A stretch of 64,000 nucleotides of DNA, taken from positions 1 through 64,000 of the IMG/VR virus record IMGVR_UViG_3300042880_000420; one strand, given 5' to 3'. The notes beneath the pieces were generated by a model, which was not told the origin of the DNA, searched no databases, and saw only the letters and a program-made list of their open reading frames with translations. A program made the translations under genes and the position numbers. This stretch comes from a virus. Position 1 is the first letter of the stretch; each line of letters opens with the position of its first letter. Below are positions 18,097-27,908 of the stretch, one piece after another.

Positions 18097-18508
18097 AAAA
18101 TCTAAAGTTGTAAAAACAAGAAAAAATGCTGTATCTAAAACTAGAAATTCTGGTACAATGACAGAAGCAGCATTTTGGTCATTTATAAGATCAGCATTAA
18201 GACAGAAGTCAAGATGGTGGAAACCAGTTTCAGAATGTAAACAAAATGCTAGAAGAATATATGCAGGACCATTGAAAAGACAAAAGTGGGAATTTCAATG
18301 TAACTATTGTAAAAAATGGTTTAAAGATAAAGATATAGCCGTTGACCACATTATACCTGCTGGTGCACTTAACTGTTGTTATGATCTTCCAGAATTTGTT
18401 GAAAAACTATTTTGTGAAGCTGGGGGATTACAAGTATTATGTGCTAATGGTGAAAATTCATGTCACCATATTAAAACACAAAATGAAAGAAAAAATAAAA
18501 ACAATTAA
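18083..18508 (+). CDS. HNH endonuclease with Zn-binding cysteines
   Basis: CNYC, VDHIIPAG, LQVLC, CHHIKT; ATG at 18083. Confidence 0.85.
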   Translation: MAKARKSKVVKTRKNAVSKTRNSGTMTEAAFWSFIRSALRQKSRWWKPVSECKQNARRIYAGPLKRQKWEFQCNYCKKWFKDKDIAVDHIIPAGALNCCYDLPEFVEKLFCEAGGLQVLCANGENSCHHIKTQNERKNKNN

Positions 18509-18519
18509 AATTAAAAAAC

Positions 18520-18879
18520 ATGGGTAGATATTATTCAGGAGACATAGAAGGTAAATTTTGGTTTGCATTACAAGATAGTGATGCAGCAGATAGATTTGGT
18601 GTAACGGGTTATGAACCAGATTACATTGTATATAATTTTCAAGAAGAAGATTTAGAAGGTGTTGAAAATGAAATCAAAAACATTGAAGAAACTTTAGGAG
18701 ATAAAATAGAAATTATTGATAAATTTTTTAAAGAGAATAATGGTTATTCAGATGATCAATTAGAAAAAGAAGGATTTACAAAAGATGATTTACGTGAATA
18801 TGCTGATTTAGGTTTAGGAAAACAAATTAGAGATTGTATTAAAGAAACAGGTCAATGTTCTTTTGACGCAGAATGTTAA
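18520..18879 (+). CDS. Hypothetical acidic phage protein
   Basis: 119-aa ORF starting MGRYYSGDIEGKFWF. Confidence 0.8.
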   Translation: MGRYYSGDIEGKFWFALQDSDAADRFGVTGYEPDYIVYNFQEEDLEGVENEIKNIEETLGDKIEIIDKFFKENNGYSDDQLEKEGFTKDDLREYADLGLGKQIRDCIKETGQCSFDAEC

Positions 18880-18883
18880 AAAT

Positions 18884-19057
18884 ATGGTTATAATTAAAAA
18901 AATAATAATTTTAGATTTTTCAGACAATCAAGTATATGTTAAAAACTATGATGAAAATATGTGGAGTAATCCAGAAGAATTTTTATCTGAAACAGGATTT
19001 AATGAAACAAATTGTCAATGGATGGTTGTAAATAAATTAACACTTAATATAGATTAA
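18884..19057 (+). CDS. Hypothetical protein
   Basis: ORF track entry; ATG at 18884 preferred. Confidence 0.65.
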   Translation: MVIIKKIIILDFSDNQVYVKNYDENMWSNPEEFLSETGFNETNCQWMVVNKLTLNID

Positions 19058-19058
19058 A

Positions 19059-19268
19059 ATGGAAGATTATAAAATAAAAGCAAATGAACAATTTTTTTCT
19101 AATATATTAAATGTGTTAACTGAAGGAGGTAAATATATGTTTCCTAAAGCTATGCAGACTTATACAAAAGAAAATAATAAATTAGTAGGAAATGTAATAG
19201 CTTTGTCACATATAAAAGATATAGTTAGTGATAAATTTTATAATGAAAATTTTAAACTAAAAGAATAA
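19059..19268 (+). CDS. Hypothetical protein
   Basis: 69-aa ORF, operon packing. Confidence 0.7.
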   Translation: MEDYKIKANEQFFSNILNVLTEGGKYMFPKAMQTYTKENNKLVGNVIALSHIKDIVSDKFYNENFKLKE

Positions 19269-19273
19269 AACTT

Positions 19274-19453
19274 ATGCCAGAACTACATGAGACAATGATG
19301 GGTAAAAAACTTATCACATCAGATATACCTAAACTAATAACTAACATAGAAAAATTAGGAGTTGTTTTAGAAAAAATAAATGTTACTTTAGAAGATATGT
19401 ATGACATATTATTAGAATTTAAAACTAATCAAAATGAAAGAATTAACAAATAG
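19274..19453 (+). CDS. 59-aa hypothetical protein MPELHETMMGKKLITSDIP...
   Basis: Hand-translated; fills the gap in the operon. Confidence 0.65.
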   Translation: MPELHETMMGKKLITSDIPKLITNIEKLGVVLEKINVTLEDMYDILLEFKTNQNERINK

Positions 19454-19556
19454 TCAATTAATTCAGTTTATAGAAAGCCTGGAAGCTACTTGTACAGATA
19501 AAAATACAGTAGATAAAATTGTAAAATTTTTAAAGGAAAACAATATATGGAATTAA
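19434..19556 (+). CDS. 40-aa hypothetical protein MKELTNSQLIQFIESLE...
   Basis: Hand-translated; overlaps both neighbours. Confidence 0.55.
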   Translation: MKELTNSQLIQFIESLEATCTDKNTVDKIVKFLKENNIWN

Positions 19557-19825
19557 AAATACTTAGATTTGGAGCAGTATGGTGCCAACCATCTAAAGTA
19601 GTTGATTCTATTGTAAATATGATTAATGAAGAAAATGATAATGTAGAATACATTACATATGATTATTCAGATGATCCAGATATGTTTAGCAAATATAAAA
19701 TAATAAGTGTACCAACACTTATTATCTTAGATAAAAAAGATAAAGAATTAGAAAAAATTAGAGGAATATTTCCTAAAATAAAATTGACATTATTAATAGA
19801 AAAATATAAAAATGAAAACATTTAA
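19547..19825 (+). CDS. Thioredoxin-fold protein with a CxxS site (WCQPS)
   Basis: FGAVWCQPSK and SVPT cis-Pro motif. Confidence 0.85.
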   Translation: MELKILRFGAVWCQPSKVVDSIVNMINEENDNVEYITYDYSDDPDMFSKYKIISVPTLIILDKKDKELEKIRGIFPKIKLTLLIEKYKNENI

Positions 19826-20846
19826 TGAATTAAGTGATTATATACAAAGTGCAGAAGATAAGTTTTATAGTGAGTATTTTTATTTTTCATACAGCAGTAT
19901 AAATAAATTACTATGGAATCCAGCAGCTTTTTATCAATCATATGTTCTTGGACAAAAAGAGGAAATAACATCTCCCTCTTTATTACAAGGTAAAGTAATA
20001 CACGCTCTTCTACTTAGTGAGCAATACTTTAATGATATGTATATTATATCTAAGGATAATTTTCCAACAGGAAATTCTAAAATTGTAATTGACAAATTGT
20101 TTAATCATTATAAAGAACTAAAAGCTAACGGAGATGAAAGAACATCATTAAATGAATTTGAAAATGCTATATTAGATATTCTTTTAGACATGAAATATCA
20201 TCAATCTCTTAAAACAGATCAACAAAGATTAGATAAAATTATTACACCTGAAACAGAAAATTACTGGAACTTTCTTACAACCAAAGAAAATAAAGAAGTT
20301 ATTGATACACAAACATATAATTTCTGTTTAGATGCGACTAATATTATTAGAAAAAACCCAGAGATTTCAGAATTAATGGGTCTTAATTTAACAGAATTTG
20401 ATAACAAAGAAGTGCACAATGAGATTGAACTGAGAAAAAAGTTAGATAGGTTTTCATTTGGACTTAAAGGAATTCTAGATAATATTGTTTTAGATCATGA
20501 ATATAAAACAATATATATCAACGATCTTAAAACAACTAGTAAAGAACTCAAAGATTTTCCAGAAAGTATAGAATATTATTCATATTGGATGCAAATGACT
20601 GTTTATATGATATTAGTATATTTTAATTATAATAATTATATTAGTAATGAAAACTATAAAATAAAATCTCATTTTATAGTTATTGATAAAAACATGATGA
20701 CATACGCCTTTGAAATAAGTAATAATACACAACAAACATGGTTTAATAGATTTATGAATGAAGTAATGCCTATAGTAGAGTATCACTATACAGAACATAA
20801 TTATACTCTCCCTTACAAATTTTGTAAACAAAAGTTTATTTTATAA
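19812..20846 (+). CDS. PD-(D/E)XK exonuclease, RecE/Cas4-like
   Basis: FSYSSI, GKVIHALLL, LKGILD, INDLKT, YWMQ...Y. Confidence 0.85.
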   Translation: MKTFNELSDYIQSAEDKFYSEYFYFSYSSINKLLWNPAAFYQSYVLGQKEEITSPSLLQGKVIHALLLSEQYFNDMYIISKDNFPTGNSKIVIDKLFNHYKELKANGDERTSLNEFENAILDILLDMKYHQSLKTDQQRLDKIITPETENYWNFLTTKENKEVIDTQTYNFCLDATNIIRKNPEISELMGLNLTEFDNKEVHNEIELRKKLDRFSFGLKGILDNIVLDHEYKTIYINDLKTTSKELKDFPESIEYYSYWMQMTVYMILVYFNYNNYISNENYKIKSHFIVIDKNMMTYAFEISNNTQQTWFNRFMNEVMPIVEYHYTEHNYTLPYKFCKQKFIL

Positions 20847-20856
20847 ATTGTAAATA

Positions 20857-21393
20857 ATGATAAAACAGTTATATAGTAAGTATTTTCAGAAATCTAAAAT
20901 ATTTCTTTATCCTCTTCTCGGACTTCCTAAATCTGAAAAAGATGAGTTTTTGGTAGAAACATTTCTAAAATACGAAGATATAGAAATAGAAGACTGTAAA
21001 ATCATTTGTCAATATAATGTAAAAGATGTTTTATGCTTTCTTAAATACAGAAAAGATAACATATTAAAATCACCATATTTTATTTTTGAGAAACAATTAG
21101 ATAAAGATGTGTATATATTTATTTTTGATTTATCAAACTTCAAAACAGATTATCACTATTTCTTGTTAGGAAATTATTCTAAATTCACTCAAAAATCAAA
21201 AAATCTTATTAAAAAATATTTTGGTAACAACTCACAACAGTATGAATATATAGATACTTTTTTATATCCTACAGAATATTTTGAAAAATACTCTGAGCTT
21301 TTAGATGTAAATAAAGAAACTTTAATTTATATTGGAGAGTTGTGTGATAAGTATGATTTTGAAAAAGAATGGTTAAATAACTTAAATACTTAA
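20857..21393 (+). CDS. Hypothetical phage protein
   Basis: 178-aa ORF in the operon. Confidence 0.8.
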   Translation: MIKQLYSKYFQKSKIFLYPLLGLPKSEKDEFLVETFLKYEDIEIEDCKIICQYNVKDVLCFLKYRKDNILKSPYFIFEKQLDKDVYIFIFDLSNFKTDYHYFLLGNYSKFTQKSKNLIKKYFGNNSQQYEYIDTFLYPTEYFEKYSELLDVNKETLIYIGELCDKYDFEKEWLNNLNT

Positions 21394-21425
21394 AATTTTT
21401 TTTTTGGTTTTTAAAAACAGATTCA

Positions 21426-21433
21426 TATATTTG
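21426..21433 (+). promoter_or_regulatory. Bacteroidetes -7 element TATATTTG
   Basis: 14 nt upstream of the ATG at 21448. Confidence 0.6.
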
Positions 21434-21447
21434 CAAAAACAATTTCA

Positions 21448-21828
21448 ATGAAAAATATGATGCTCTATAAAAGCGGATGGGGAACAGAATCAAGTTTCGT
21501 ACCTACTTTTAAAATGATTCCTACATTATCTGATTGCCCTTTTAACGAAGTGTTATTTGATCCTAACAGTAAAATACTCGCTGTAGTAAGTAAAGAAAAA
21601 AAACAAGCTTATAGATTAGTTCCTAAATTAAATGACAAAGGTAGACCTGTAATTGTAACAGAAAAGGGTGTACCTGTTGAAGTTCAAGAAAGGAAACTTA
21701 TGGATAACTTCTATGAATATTATCTAGAAAATTTAGATGATGTTCAAAGATTTATAGAAATGTTTGCCATCAATTCTGAAAGTTTTGATTGGAAAGAATA
21801 CTTTAAAGAAGAAAAGAAACAAAATTAA
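21448..21828 (+). CDS. Hypothetical protein in its own promoter-terminator unit
   Basis: 126-aa ORF flanked by a -7 element and a terminator. Confidence 0.8.
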   Translation: MKNMMLYKSGWGTESSFVPTFKMIPTLSDCPFNEVLFDPNSKILAVVSKEKKQAYRLVPKLNDKGRPVIVTEKGVPVEVQERKLMDNFYEYYLENLDDVQRFIEMFAINSESFDWKEYFKEEKKQN

Positions 21829-21845
21829 AAAACCAACAAACTAAG

Positions 21846-21880
21846 AAAAGAGTGTGCAATATCAGCACACTCTTTTTTTT
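21846..21880 (+). terminator. Rho-independent terminator
   Basis: AAAAGAGTGTGC-AATATCA-GCACACTCTTTT plus T run. Confidence 0.8.
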
Positions 21881-21887
21881 CACTATT

Positions 21888-22199
21888 ATGAAGATTCCTT
21901 GTATTTGCATAGACGATAGCTTTAGACCTGAGTCATTTCCATCAAGTAAATGGGTGGTTAAAAACAGAAAATATCACATAATTAATGTTTCATTTCATCC
22001 ATTACAAGATGGTGGTGTACAAGGTGTTACATTAGCAGAAATTGATTTAAATGATGGATGTTGCTATCCATACAAAACATTTAGAATTAACCGTTTTGCT
22101 ATAACAGAAGAAGACTTTTTAAAACTTGTAGATGCACTTAAAAAAGATAAAAAAAATGTTGAAGAAGTGCTCAGAAAAGAAGAATTAGAATTAGTATAA
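21888..22199 (+). CDS. Hypothetical protein (start MKIPCICIDD)
   Basis: The track's GTG at 21852 lies inside the terminator; ATG at 21888 preferred. Confidence 0.75.
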   Translation: MKIPCICIDDSFRPESFPSSKWVVKNRKYHIINVSFHPLQDGGVQGVTLAEIDLNDGCCYPYKTFRINRFAITEEDFLKLVDALKKDKKNVEEVLRKEELELV

Positions 22200-22230
22200 A
22201 AGGGAGACAGCTTAACTGAATAAATTAAAT

Positions 22231-24189
22231 ATGGCTAATCATTACGTAATGGATTTTGAAACCATTTCTAATTGTTTTGTGGGATGCTTTATTCATTATA
22301 AAGAAAATACAGAACATACATTCGTTGTACATAAATTAAGAAATGATTTTGAAAAACTTCTTGAATTTCTAGAAAACAATGCTAAGAATAATGAATGGCA
22401 TATTTCATATAATGGAATAGCATTTGATTCTCAAATTACACATTACATCTTAGAAAATAAAGATAAATTATTAAAACACAGTGGAGAAGTAATAGCTAGA
22501 TTGTTATATGCTTATGCTCAAAAAACTATTATAAAACAGGATAAAAAAGAATTTAGTGATTATCCATCATGGAAAATGAAAATTAAACAAATTGATTTAT
22601 TTAAAATGAACCATTGGGATAACATGGCAAAGTTAAGTTCATTAAAATGGATTCAATATAGTATGGATTGGAAGAATGTTTTAGAAATGCCTATACATCA
22701 CACTACAGAAATTACTACATTAGAAGAAATAGTAATGATAATAGAATACTGTTTAAATGATGTTGAATCTACAAAAAAAATAATGGAACTATGTAAAAAT
22801 CAAATAAATCTTAGAAAAACTATAGGTAATAAATATAATATAGATTGTTATAATTATTCAAATACTAAAATAGGAAGCGAATTATTATTTAAATTATATT
22901 GTGAAAAAACAAATAAAGATTCTAAAACTGTTAAAACATCTAGAACAATAAGAAATGAAATAATTGTTAAAAATATTTTATTTAATTATATTGAATTTAA
23001 AAGTAATGTTTTTACAGATTTTTTAAATAAAGTTAAAAATAGTATAATTAAAAATACCAAAGGTGATTTTTCTCATGTAGTTAATTTTAAAAATTATAAT
23101 TTTATATACGGTACCGGTGGAATTCATCAGTGCATTAGTCCTGGTATTTATGAAACAGATGATAATTTTATAATTAAAGATTTAGATGTTGCATCACTAT
23201 ATCCTAGTATAGCTATTGTAAATAACATGTATCCTGCTCATTTAGGAGTTGAATTTTATAATGTTTACAAAGAAGATATTGTGGATGTTAGATTAGCAGA
23301 AAAAGCTAAAAAAGATAAAGGTGATAAAGCAATAGTTGAAGGATTTAAAGAAGCTGCTAATGCTTCTTATGGTAATTCTAATAGTGAACATTCTTGGTTA
23401 TTTGATAGTTCTTATACAATGCAAACAACAATTAATGGTCAATTATTATTAACCATGTTAGTTGAAGAATTGTTATTAGAATTTCCTGATGCAATTTTAT
23501 TGCAAACTAATACAGATGGAGCAACTTTAAAATTTAAAAAATCTGATGAAGAAAAATATTATAAAATTTGTAAAGCTTGGGAAAATAAAACACAATTAAT
23601 TCTTGAATATGCTGATTATAAAAAAATGATAATAAGGGATGTTAATAATTATATTGGAATTTATACAAATGGTAAAGCAAAATGTAAAGGTAGTTTTGAA
23701 TGGGAAGATTTGCAAAATTGTAAACCTACTCATTTGCACAAAAACAAAAGTTTTCTTGTTATACCAAAAGCTATATATGAATTTTATGTAAATGGAACTA
23801 AACCTGAAGATTATCTTAAAACAAACAGTAATATTTTTGATTATTGTGGTGCTGTAAAAGCTAAAGGTGATTGGAATTTTAAACTTACAGAAATAGTTCA
23901 AAATGATAATAATGAAAGTGTAATTAAAGATACAAAGCTTCAAAAATTAAACAGATATTACATATCAAAAATTGGACATAAAATTATAAAATATAATCCA
24001 GATGGTAGAGAAATACAAACTGAAGCAGGCAAATGGAGACAAACTCTTTGTAATAACATGGATACAATAGATTCAGATATTAACAATCTAGATATTAATT
24101 ATGAATATTATTTAGAAAGAATATATAAAGAAATAGAAACTATTAGTTCAATTAATAAACATGGTTATGTACAAGGAACATTATTTTAA
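22231..24189 (+). CDS. Family B DNA polymerase with 3'-5' exonuclease, crAss-like
   Basis: Exo DFE, YNG..FD, YC.ND; pol DLDVASLYPS, K...NASYG, NTDG. Confidence 0.93.
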   Translation: MANHYVMDFETISNCFVGCFIHYKENTEHTFVVHKLRNDFEKLLEFLENNAKNNEWHISYNGIAFDSQITHYILENKDKLLKHSGEVIARLLYAYAQKTIIKQDKKEFSDYPSWKMKIKQIDLFKMNHWDNMAKLSSLKWIQYSMDWKNVLEMPIHHTTEITTLEEIVMIIEYCLNDVESTKKIMELCKNQINLRKTIGNKYNIDCYNYSNTKIGSELLFKLYCEKTNKDSKTVKTSRTIRNEIIVKNILFNYIEFKSNVFTDFLNKVKNSIIKNTKGDFSHVVNFKNYNFIYGTGGIHQCISPGIYETDDNFIIKDLDVASLYPSIAIVNNMYPAHLGVEFYNVYKEDIVDVRLAEKAKKDKGDKAIVEGFKEAANASYGNSNSEHSWLFDSSYTMQTTINGQLLLTMLVEELLLEFPDAILLQTNTDGATLKFKKSDEEKYYKICKAWENKTQLILEYADYKKMIIRDVNNYIGIYTNGKAKCKGSFEWEDLQNCKPTHLHKNKSFLVIPKAIYEFYVNGTKPEDYLKTNSNIFDYCGAVKAKGDWNFKLTEIVQNDNNESVIKDTKLQKLNRYYISKIGHKIIKYNPDGREIQTEAGKWRQTLCNNMDTIDSDINNLDINYEYYLERIYKEIETISSINKHGYVQGTLF

Positions 24190-24200
24190 ATAAAATAAAA

Positions 24201-24551
24201 ATGAAAAAAAACAAATGTTCATCCACAGGGAAAGTTATATTTGTTGATAAGCAAAATGCAGATAATGCAATAGAAGTTTTAAAGTCAATTAAAAATCAAA
24301 ATAACAAATTATTTAGAAATAATAAAAAGACTAAAGACAAAATTTCACAGTCTAGAAGTTATTTTTGTATCCACTGTAAAGGATACCATTTAACTTCTAT
24401 GACTAGTGAAAATAATTATAAACAAAGAGAGGAAACACAAAAAGATATAGATAGAAAGAATTTTTTAAAGAATTTTGATATTAAAAAATGGAAATCTGAT
24501 TCATTACCTTTTGAATCAGGTCATATACCACCACCAAAAACAAAAAAATAA
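24201..24551 (+). CDS. Basic Zn-finger protein
   Basis: CSSTGK and SYFCIHCKGYHLTS. Confidence 0.7.
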   Translation: MKKNKCSSTGKVIFVDKQNADNAIEVLKSIKNQNNKLFRNNKKTKDKISQSRSYFCIHCKGYHLTSMTSENNYKQREETQKDIDRKNFLKNFDIKKWKSDSLPFESGHIPPPKTKK

Positions 24552-24553
24552 AA

Positions 24554-24883
24554 ATGGATAACGCAACACTTTGTATAAAAACTGTATTGACATCATTATC
24601 AATAGCTGAAAAATATTTAGATCAATTTATTATAGAAACAAAACCTGTAATGGATACTAAAAAATTTTTAAATTTTGAATTAAAAAAGATACAATCTATA
24701 ACAAAAGATATTAATATTGTAGCAGGTCCACAAAATTCTAAAATTATTAATGATGAAATATTAAATAATTGGGATACCTTAGCAGTAAATAATGTATTGC
24801 AAATGATGGTTATGATGGATGATAAGAAAAGATTAGAACTTGAAAATTTTGCAGAAGAATTATTAAATAAAAAAATTAATTAA
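24554..24883 (+). CDS. Hypothetical protein
   Basis: 109-aa ORF, operon packing. Confidence 0.75.
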   Translation: MDNATLCIKTVLTSLSIAEKYLDQFIIETKPVMDTKKFLNFELKKIQSITKDINIVAGPQNSKIINDEILNNWDTLAVNNVLQMMVMMDDKKRLELENFAEELLNKKIN

Positions 24884-24885
24884 AT

Positions 24886-25527
24886 ATGGCAATCATTGGC
24901 ATTTCTGGTAAAATATCCAGTGGTAAAGATACCACTGCAGATATTATTAAATCTATGGATGTAGATAGCAAGTGGCAAATTAAAAAGTTTGCATATAAAC
25001 TTAAACAAATAGCTAGTATTATTAGCGGTATTCCAATACATTTATTTGAGGATCAAGGATTTAAAGAAACATACATGTCAGATGCATGGGATCTTTATAT
25101 TAAAGAAGACAAAACATTAATTTCTGAAAATGGAGCATATAATTCTCAACGACATGTTAAAATAAAAGTGAGAGATTTTTTGCAAAAAATTGGTACAGAA
25201 GCAATGCGAGACGGGCTTCACTATAATACTTGGGTGAATGCACTTATGGTGGATTATAAAAAGACTAAAAATAGTGATGAAGAATATGTAATGCCCAACT
25301 GGATTATTACAGATGTTAGATTCCCAAATGAATACGATGCTATTAAAAAACACAATGGTATCATAATCAGAGTGAATAGAGATAGTACAATTACAAATAA
25401 TCATGTGAGTGAAACGGCACTTGATAATCATGAATTTGATTATGTAATAAATAATAATGGATCAATTTCTGATCTTTATAATAATGTTACAAACTTTTTA
25501 AAACAATATTATGCTAGAATTTTCTAA
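24886..25527 (+). CDS. Deoxynucleoside monophosphate kinase
   Basis: GISGKISSGKDT, R.FLQKIGTE, ITDVRFPNE, HVSE. Confidence 0.9.
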   Translation: MAIIGISGKISSGKDTTADIIKSMDVDSKWQIKKFAYKLKQIASIISGIPIHLFEDQGFKETYMSDAWDLYIKEDKTLISENGAYNSQRHVKIKVRDFLQKIGTEAMRDGLHYNTWVNALMVDYKKTKNSDEEYVMPNWIITDVRFPNEYDAIKKHNGIIIRVNRDSTITNNHVSETALDNHEFDYVINNNGSISDLYNNVTNFLKQYYARIF

Positions 25528-25762
25528 ACCTATTCCTGTTATTGTAGAAGGAAACAAAGAAGGCTATGCATTATATGTCAACAACTCAGGAATGTTTGAG
25601 AATGATGTATGGTGTGTAGTGTTATGTGATGGCGGTCATGTAAGACATTACACATCTGATCAAATTAAAATATATGTAAATAGAACATTTAATATTATTA
25701 AAAAATCAAAACCAGTAGTAAATGAAAAAGGTGTACTTAGCAATCCCTTATACCAACCTTGA
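25511..25762 (+). CDS. Hypothetical phage protein
   Basis: 83-aa ORF. Confidence 0.7.
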   Translation: MLEFSKPIPVIVEGNKEGYALYVNNSGMFENDVWCVVLCDGGHVRHYTSDQIKIYVNRTFNIIKKSKPVVNEKGVLSNPLYQP

Positions 25763-26090
25763 GGAAATAAGTTATAAAGCAGCTAATGAAGTGGCTGCTA
25801 TGCTTATTGCACAAAAGATTTGTGTGTTTTCTCCCATATCTCACTCTCATCCTGTATGGAAAGCAGGAATAGGAATTGTAGAGCATAGTTGGGAAGTTTG
25901 GATGGAACAAGACAAAGAATTTGTACAATGGTGCGATGAAGTGTGGGTAATTGAGTTAATTAATCATGATGGACTTGGTTTAATTTTTAAATCAAAAGGT
26001 GTGCAACAAGAAATAATGTGGGCTGAAGAGTTTAATAAACCTTATAAATTAATTAAATACAATACAAAAACAAAACAATTAGAATTATGA
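25722..26090 (+). CDS. DUF1937-like protein (nucleoside deoxyribosyltransferase-like fold)
   Basis: VYLAIPY, VFSPISHSH, CDEVWV, SKGVQQEI. Confidence 0.75.
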   Translation: MKKVYLAIPYTNLEEISYKAANEVAAMLIAQKICVFSPISHSHPVWKAGIGIVEHSWEVWMEQDKEFVQWCDEVWVIELINHDGLGLIFKSKGVQQEIMWAEEFNKPYKLIKYNTKTKQLEL

Positions 26091-26638
26091 TTTTATCAGA
26101 CAAAAAGATTTTAGAAGAATTTGAAAAAGGTAATATTATTATTCATCCATTTGAGATGAAATATTTAAATCCGGTATCTGTAGATCTTACATTAAATCCA
26201 GAATTTAAAATTTATAAAAAAGGTGTATTAGATGTACGTAAACCTAATGAAACAGAATCATTTACTATTCCTGAAGAGGGATATGTATTAGAACCTGGTG
26301 ATGTATATCTATATGCTTGTAATGAGCGTATTGGTGTAAAAAGTAATATAAGAGCAAAAGTAGAAGGTAAGTCTTCACTTGGTAGACTTGGGCTATTTGT
26401 ACACGTTACAGCAGGTTTTATTGACCCTGGCTTTGAAGGAAGTCTTGTACTTGAACTTGTAGCTACGAGACCTATTAGAATCTATCCTAATATGAAGATA
26501 TGCCAAATTGAATTTGCTTATGTAAATGGTGATATTATTCAAACATATGATAAGAAAGCTGGAAGCAAATATATGAATCAAACTGGTGTTCAAGAATCAA
26601 AATATTATCTTAATGAAAATAATACACCAAAAAACTAA
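26087..26638 (+). CDS. dcd: dCTP deaminase
   Basis: MILSD, PVSVDLTL, EGKSSLGRLGL, AGFIDPGFEG, ICQI, KY..Q.G. Confidence 0.93.
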   Translation: MILSDKKILEEFEKGNIIIHPFEMKYLNPVSVDLTLNPEFKIYKKGVLDVRKPNETESFTIPEEGYVLEPGDVYLYACNERIGVKSNIRAKVEGKSSLGRLGLFVHVTAGFIDPGFEGSLVLELVATRPIRIYPNMKICQIEFAYVNGDIIQTYDKKAGSKYMNQTGVQESKYYLNENNTPKN

Positions 26639-27464
26639 AACCTTAACAACAAGAGATAATGGGAGGAGTAGCGATGCTATTTCTCCCAATTTTATTTACG
26701 GCTGCAACGGGGGATGTCTTTCATCATATTGTTATGTTGCTAGATATAACAATGACAGAGTGTATATAAATGAGAATAGAGCAGATATATTTAATAGTAT
26801 AGATAACTGGGTGAGTAAACAACCTAATGTTAAAACCCCTAATCAAATAGATGATAAGTATTATACAATAGATATAGGATGTAGTACAGATGTTCCTTTA
26901 ATGAGAAAACAATATGATTGGCAAAAAGTATTTGACTACTTTAATAATCATCCTAAACTTAAATCAACATTTGCCACTAAATATCCAACAAAATTTAAAC
27001 CTGAAGAGTATAGTTTAAATCCAGATAAACATAGGATTAGAGTAAGTTTAATGCCTCAGAAATATTCTGATATACTAGAACCTAAAACTGATTTTATATC
27101 TGAACGCATACAATCTATCCCTAGATTACAAAAATATATGGAAGTGCATATAAATTATAGTCCTATTATTTATAAAGAAGGATGGTTAGATGAATACAAA
27201 AAACTATTTGAAGAAGTTAAAAGTGCTAGTATAGATGTTAAATGTGAATGTATCTTTTTGACACATAATAAGTTACAGCATGAAAGGAATTCAGAAGAAG
27301 TAAGAGAGCTTCTATGGAATCCTGATATACAAGAAACTAAAGACTCTCAATATGCTGCTGACAACATTAGATATAGGTGGCAACTTAAAAACAAAATGAT
27401 AGAACAATTTAAGGAACTATACAGTGAGTATTTTCCTATTAATAACATTAGATATATATTTTAA
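26613..27464 (+). CDS. Spore photoproduct lyase-like radical SAM protein
   Basis: GCNGGCLSSYCYV cluster motif, DIGCSTD, FATK, RVSLMP, NYSPII; ATG at 26613. Confidence 0.8.
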   Translation: MKIIHQKTKTLTTRDNGRSSDAISPNFIYGCNGGCLSSYCYVARYNNDRVYINENRADIFNSIDNWVSKQPNVKTPNQIDDKYYTIDIGCSTDVPLMRKQYDWQKVFDYFNNHPKLKSTFATKYPTKFKPEEYSLNPDKHRIRVSLMPQKYSDILEPKTDFISERIQSIPRLQKYMEVHINYSPIIYKEGWLDEYKKLFEEVKSASIDVKCECIFLTHNKLQHERNSEEVRELLWNPDIQETKDSQYAADNIRYRWQLKNKMIEQFKELYSEYFPINNIRYIF

Positions 27465-27465
27465 C

Positions 27466-27903
27466 ATGAAAAAGAAAAGCGCACTTTATTTAGACGACCA
27501 GCGAACCCCAACTGTTGATCCTCCTACAGGATATAATCCTTGGTATATAGTAAGAAACTATGATGAGTTTAAAGAATGGATAAACAAACATGGTATGCCA
27601 GACTATGTATCTTTTGACCATGACTTGGCAGATGAACATATGCAAGACTATTATAAATATCAGTTTAATGGTATTGCTGCTATAAACTATAACGACTTTA
27701 AAGAAAAAACAGGACTTGATTGTGCTAAATACATGATTGAGTATGCAATGAACAATAATATTAATCTACCCAATCTAGTGGGGGTACACAGTCATAATCC
27801 ACTAGGAGCTTTGAATATACAAAATCTTGTTAACAGCTATAAAAAACACTCAGGACAGGAAGAAAATGCATATATTGCAAAGATTCCTTTTAAAATTAAA
27901 TAA
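27466..27903 (+). CDS. Cyclic-phosphate-processing receiver-like domain protein
   Basis: LYLDD.R.P, SFDHDL, KTG.DCAK, VHS.NP.G; ATG at 27466. Confidence 0.75.
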   Translation: MKKKSALYLDDQRTPTVDPPTGYNPWYIVRNYDEFKEWINKHGMPDYVSFDHDLADEHMQDYYKYQFNGIAAINYNDFKEKTGLDCAKYMIEYAMNNNINLPNLVGVHSHNPLGALNIQNLVNSYKKHSGQEENAYIAKIPFKIK

Positions 27904-27908
27904 TATAT

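Noticed and set aside
1101-26593. Short minus-strand ORFs within + strand genes (e.g. 1101, 2581, 3953, 7563, 13621, 16713, 23596, 25117)
   Set aside because: They overlap well-supported genes on the opposite strand; only 3594-3932 fills a real gap and has a promoter
26087-26638. Uracil-substituted genome suggested by dCTP deaminase
   Set aside because: The phage encodes an intact-looking family 1 UDG, which is incompatible with U-DNA
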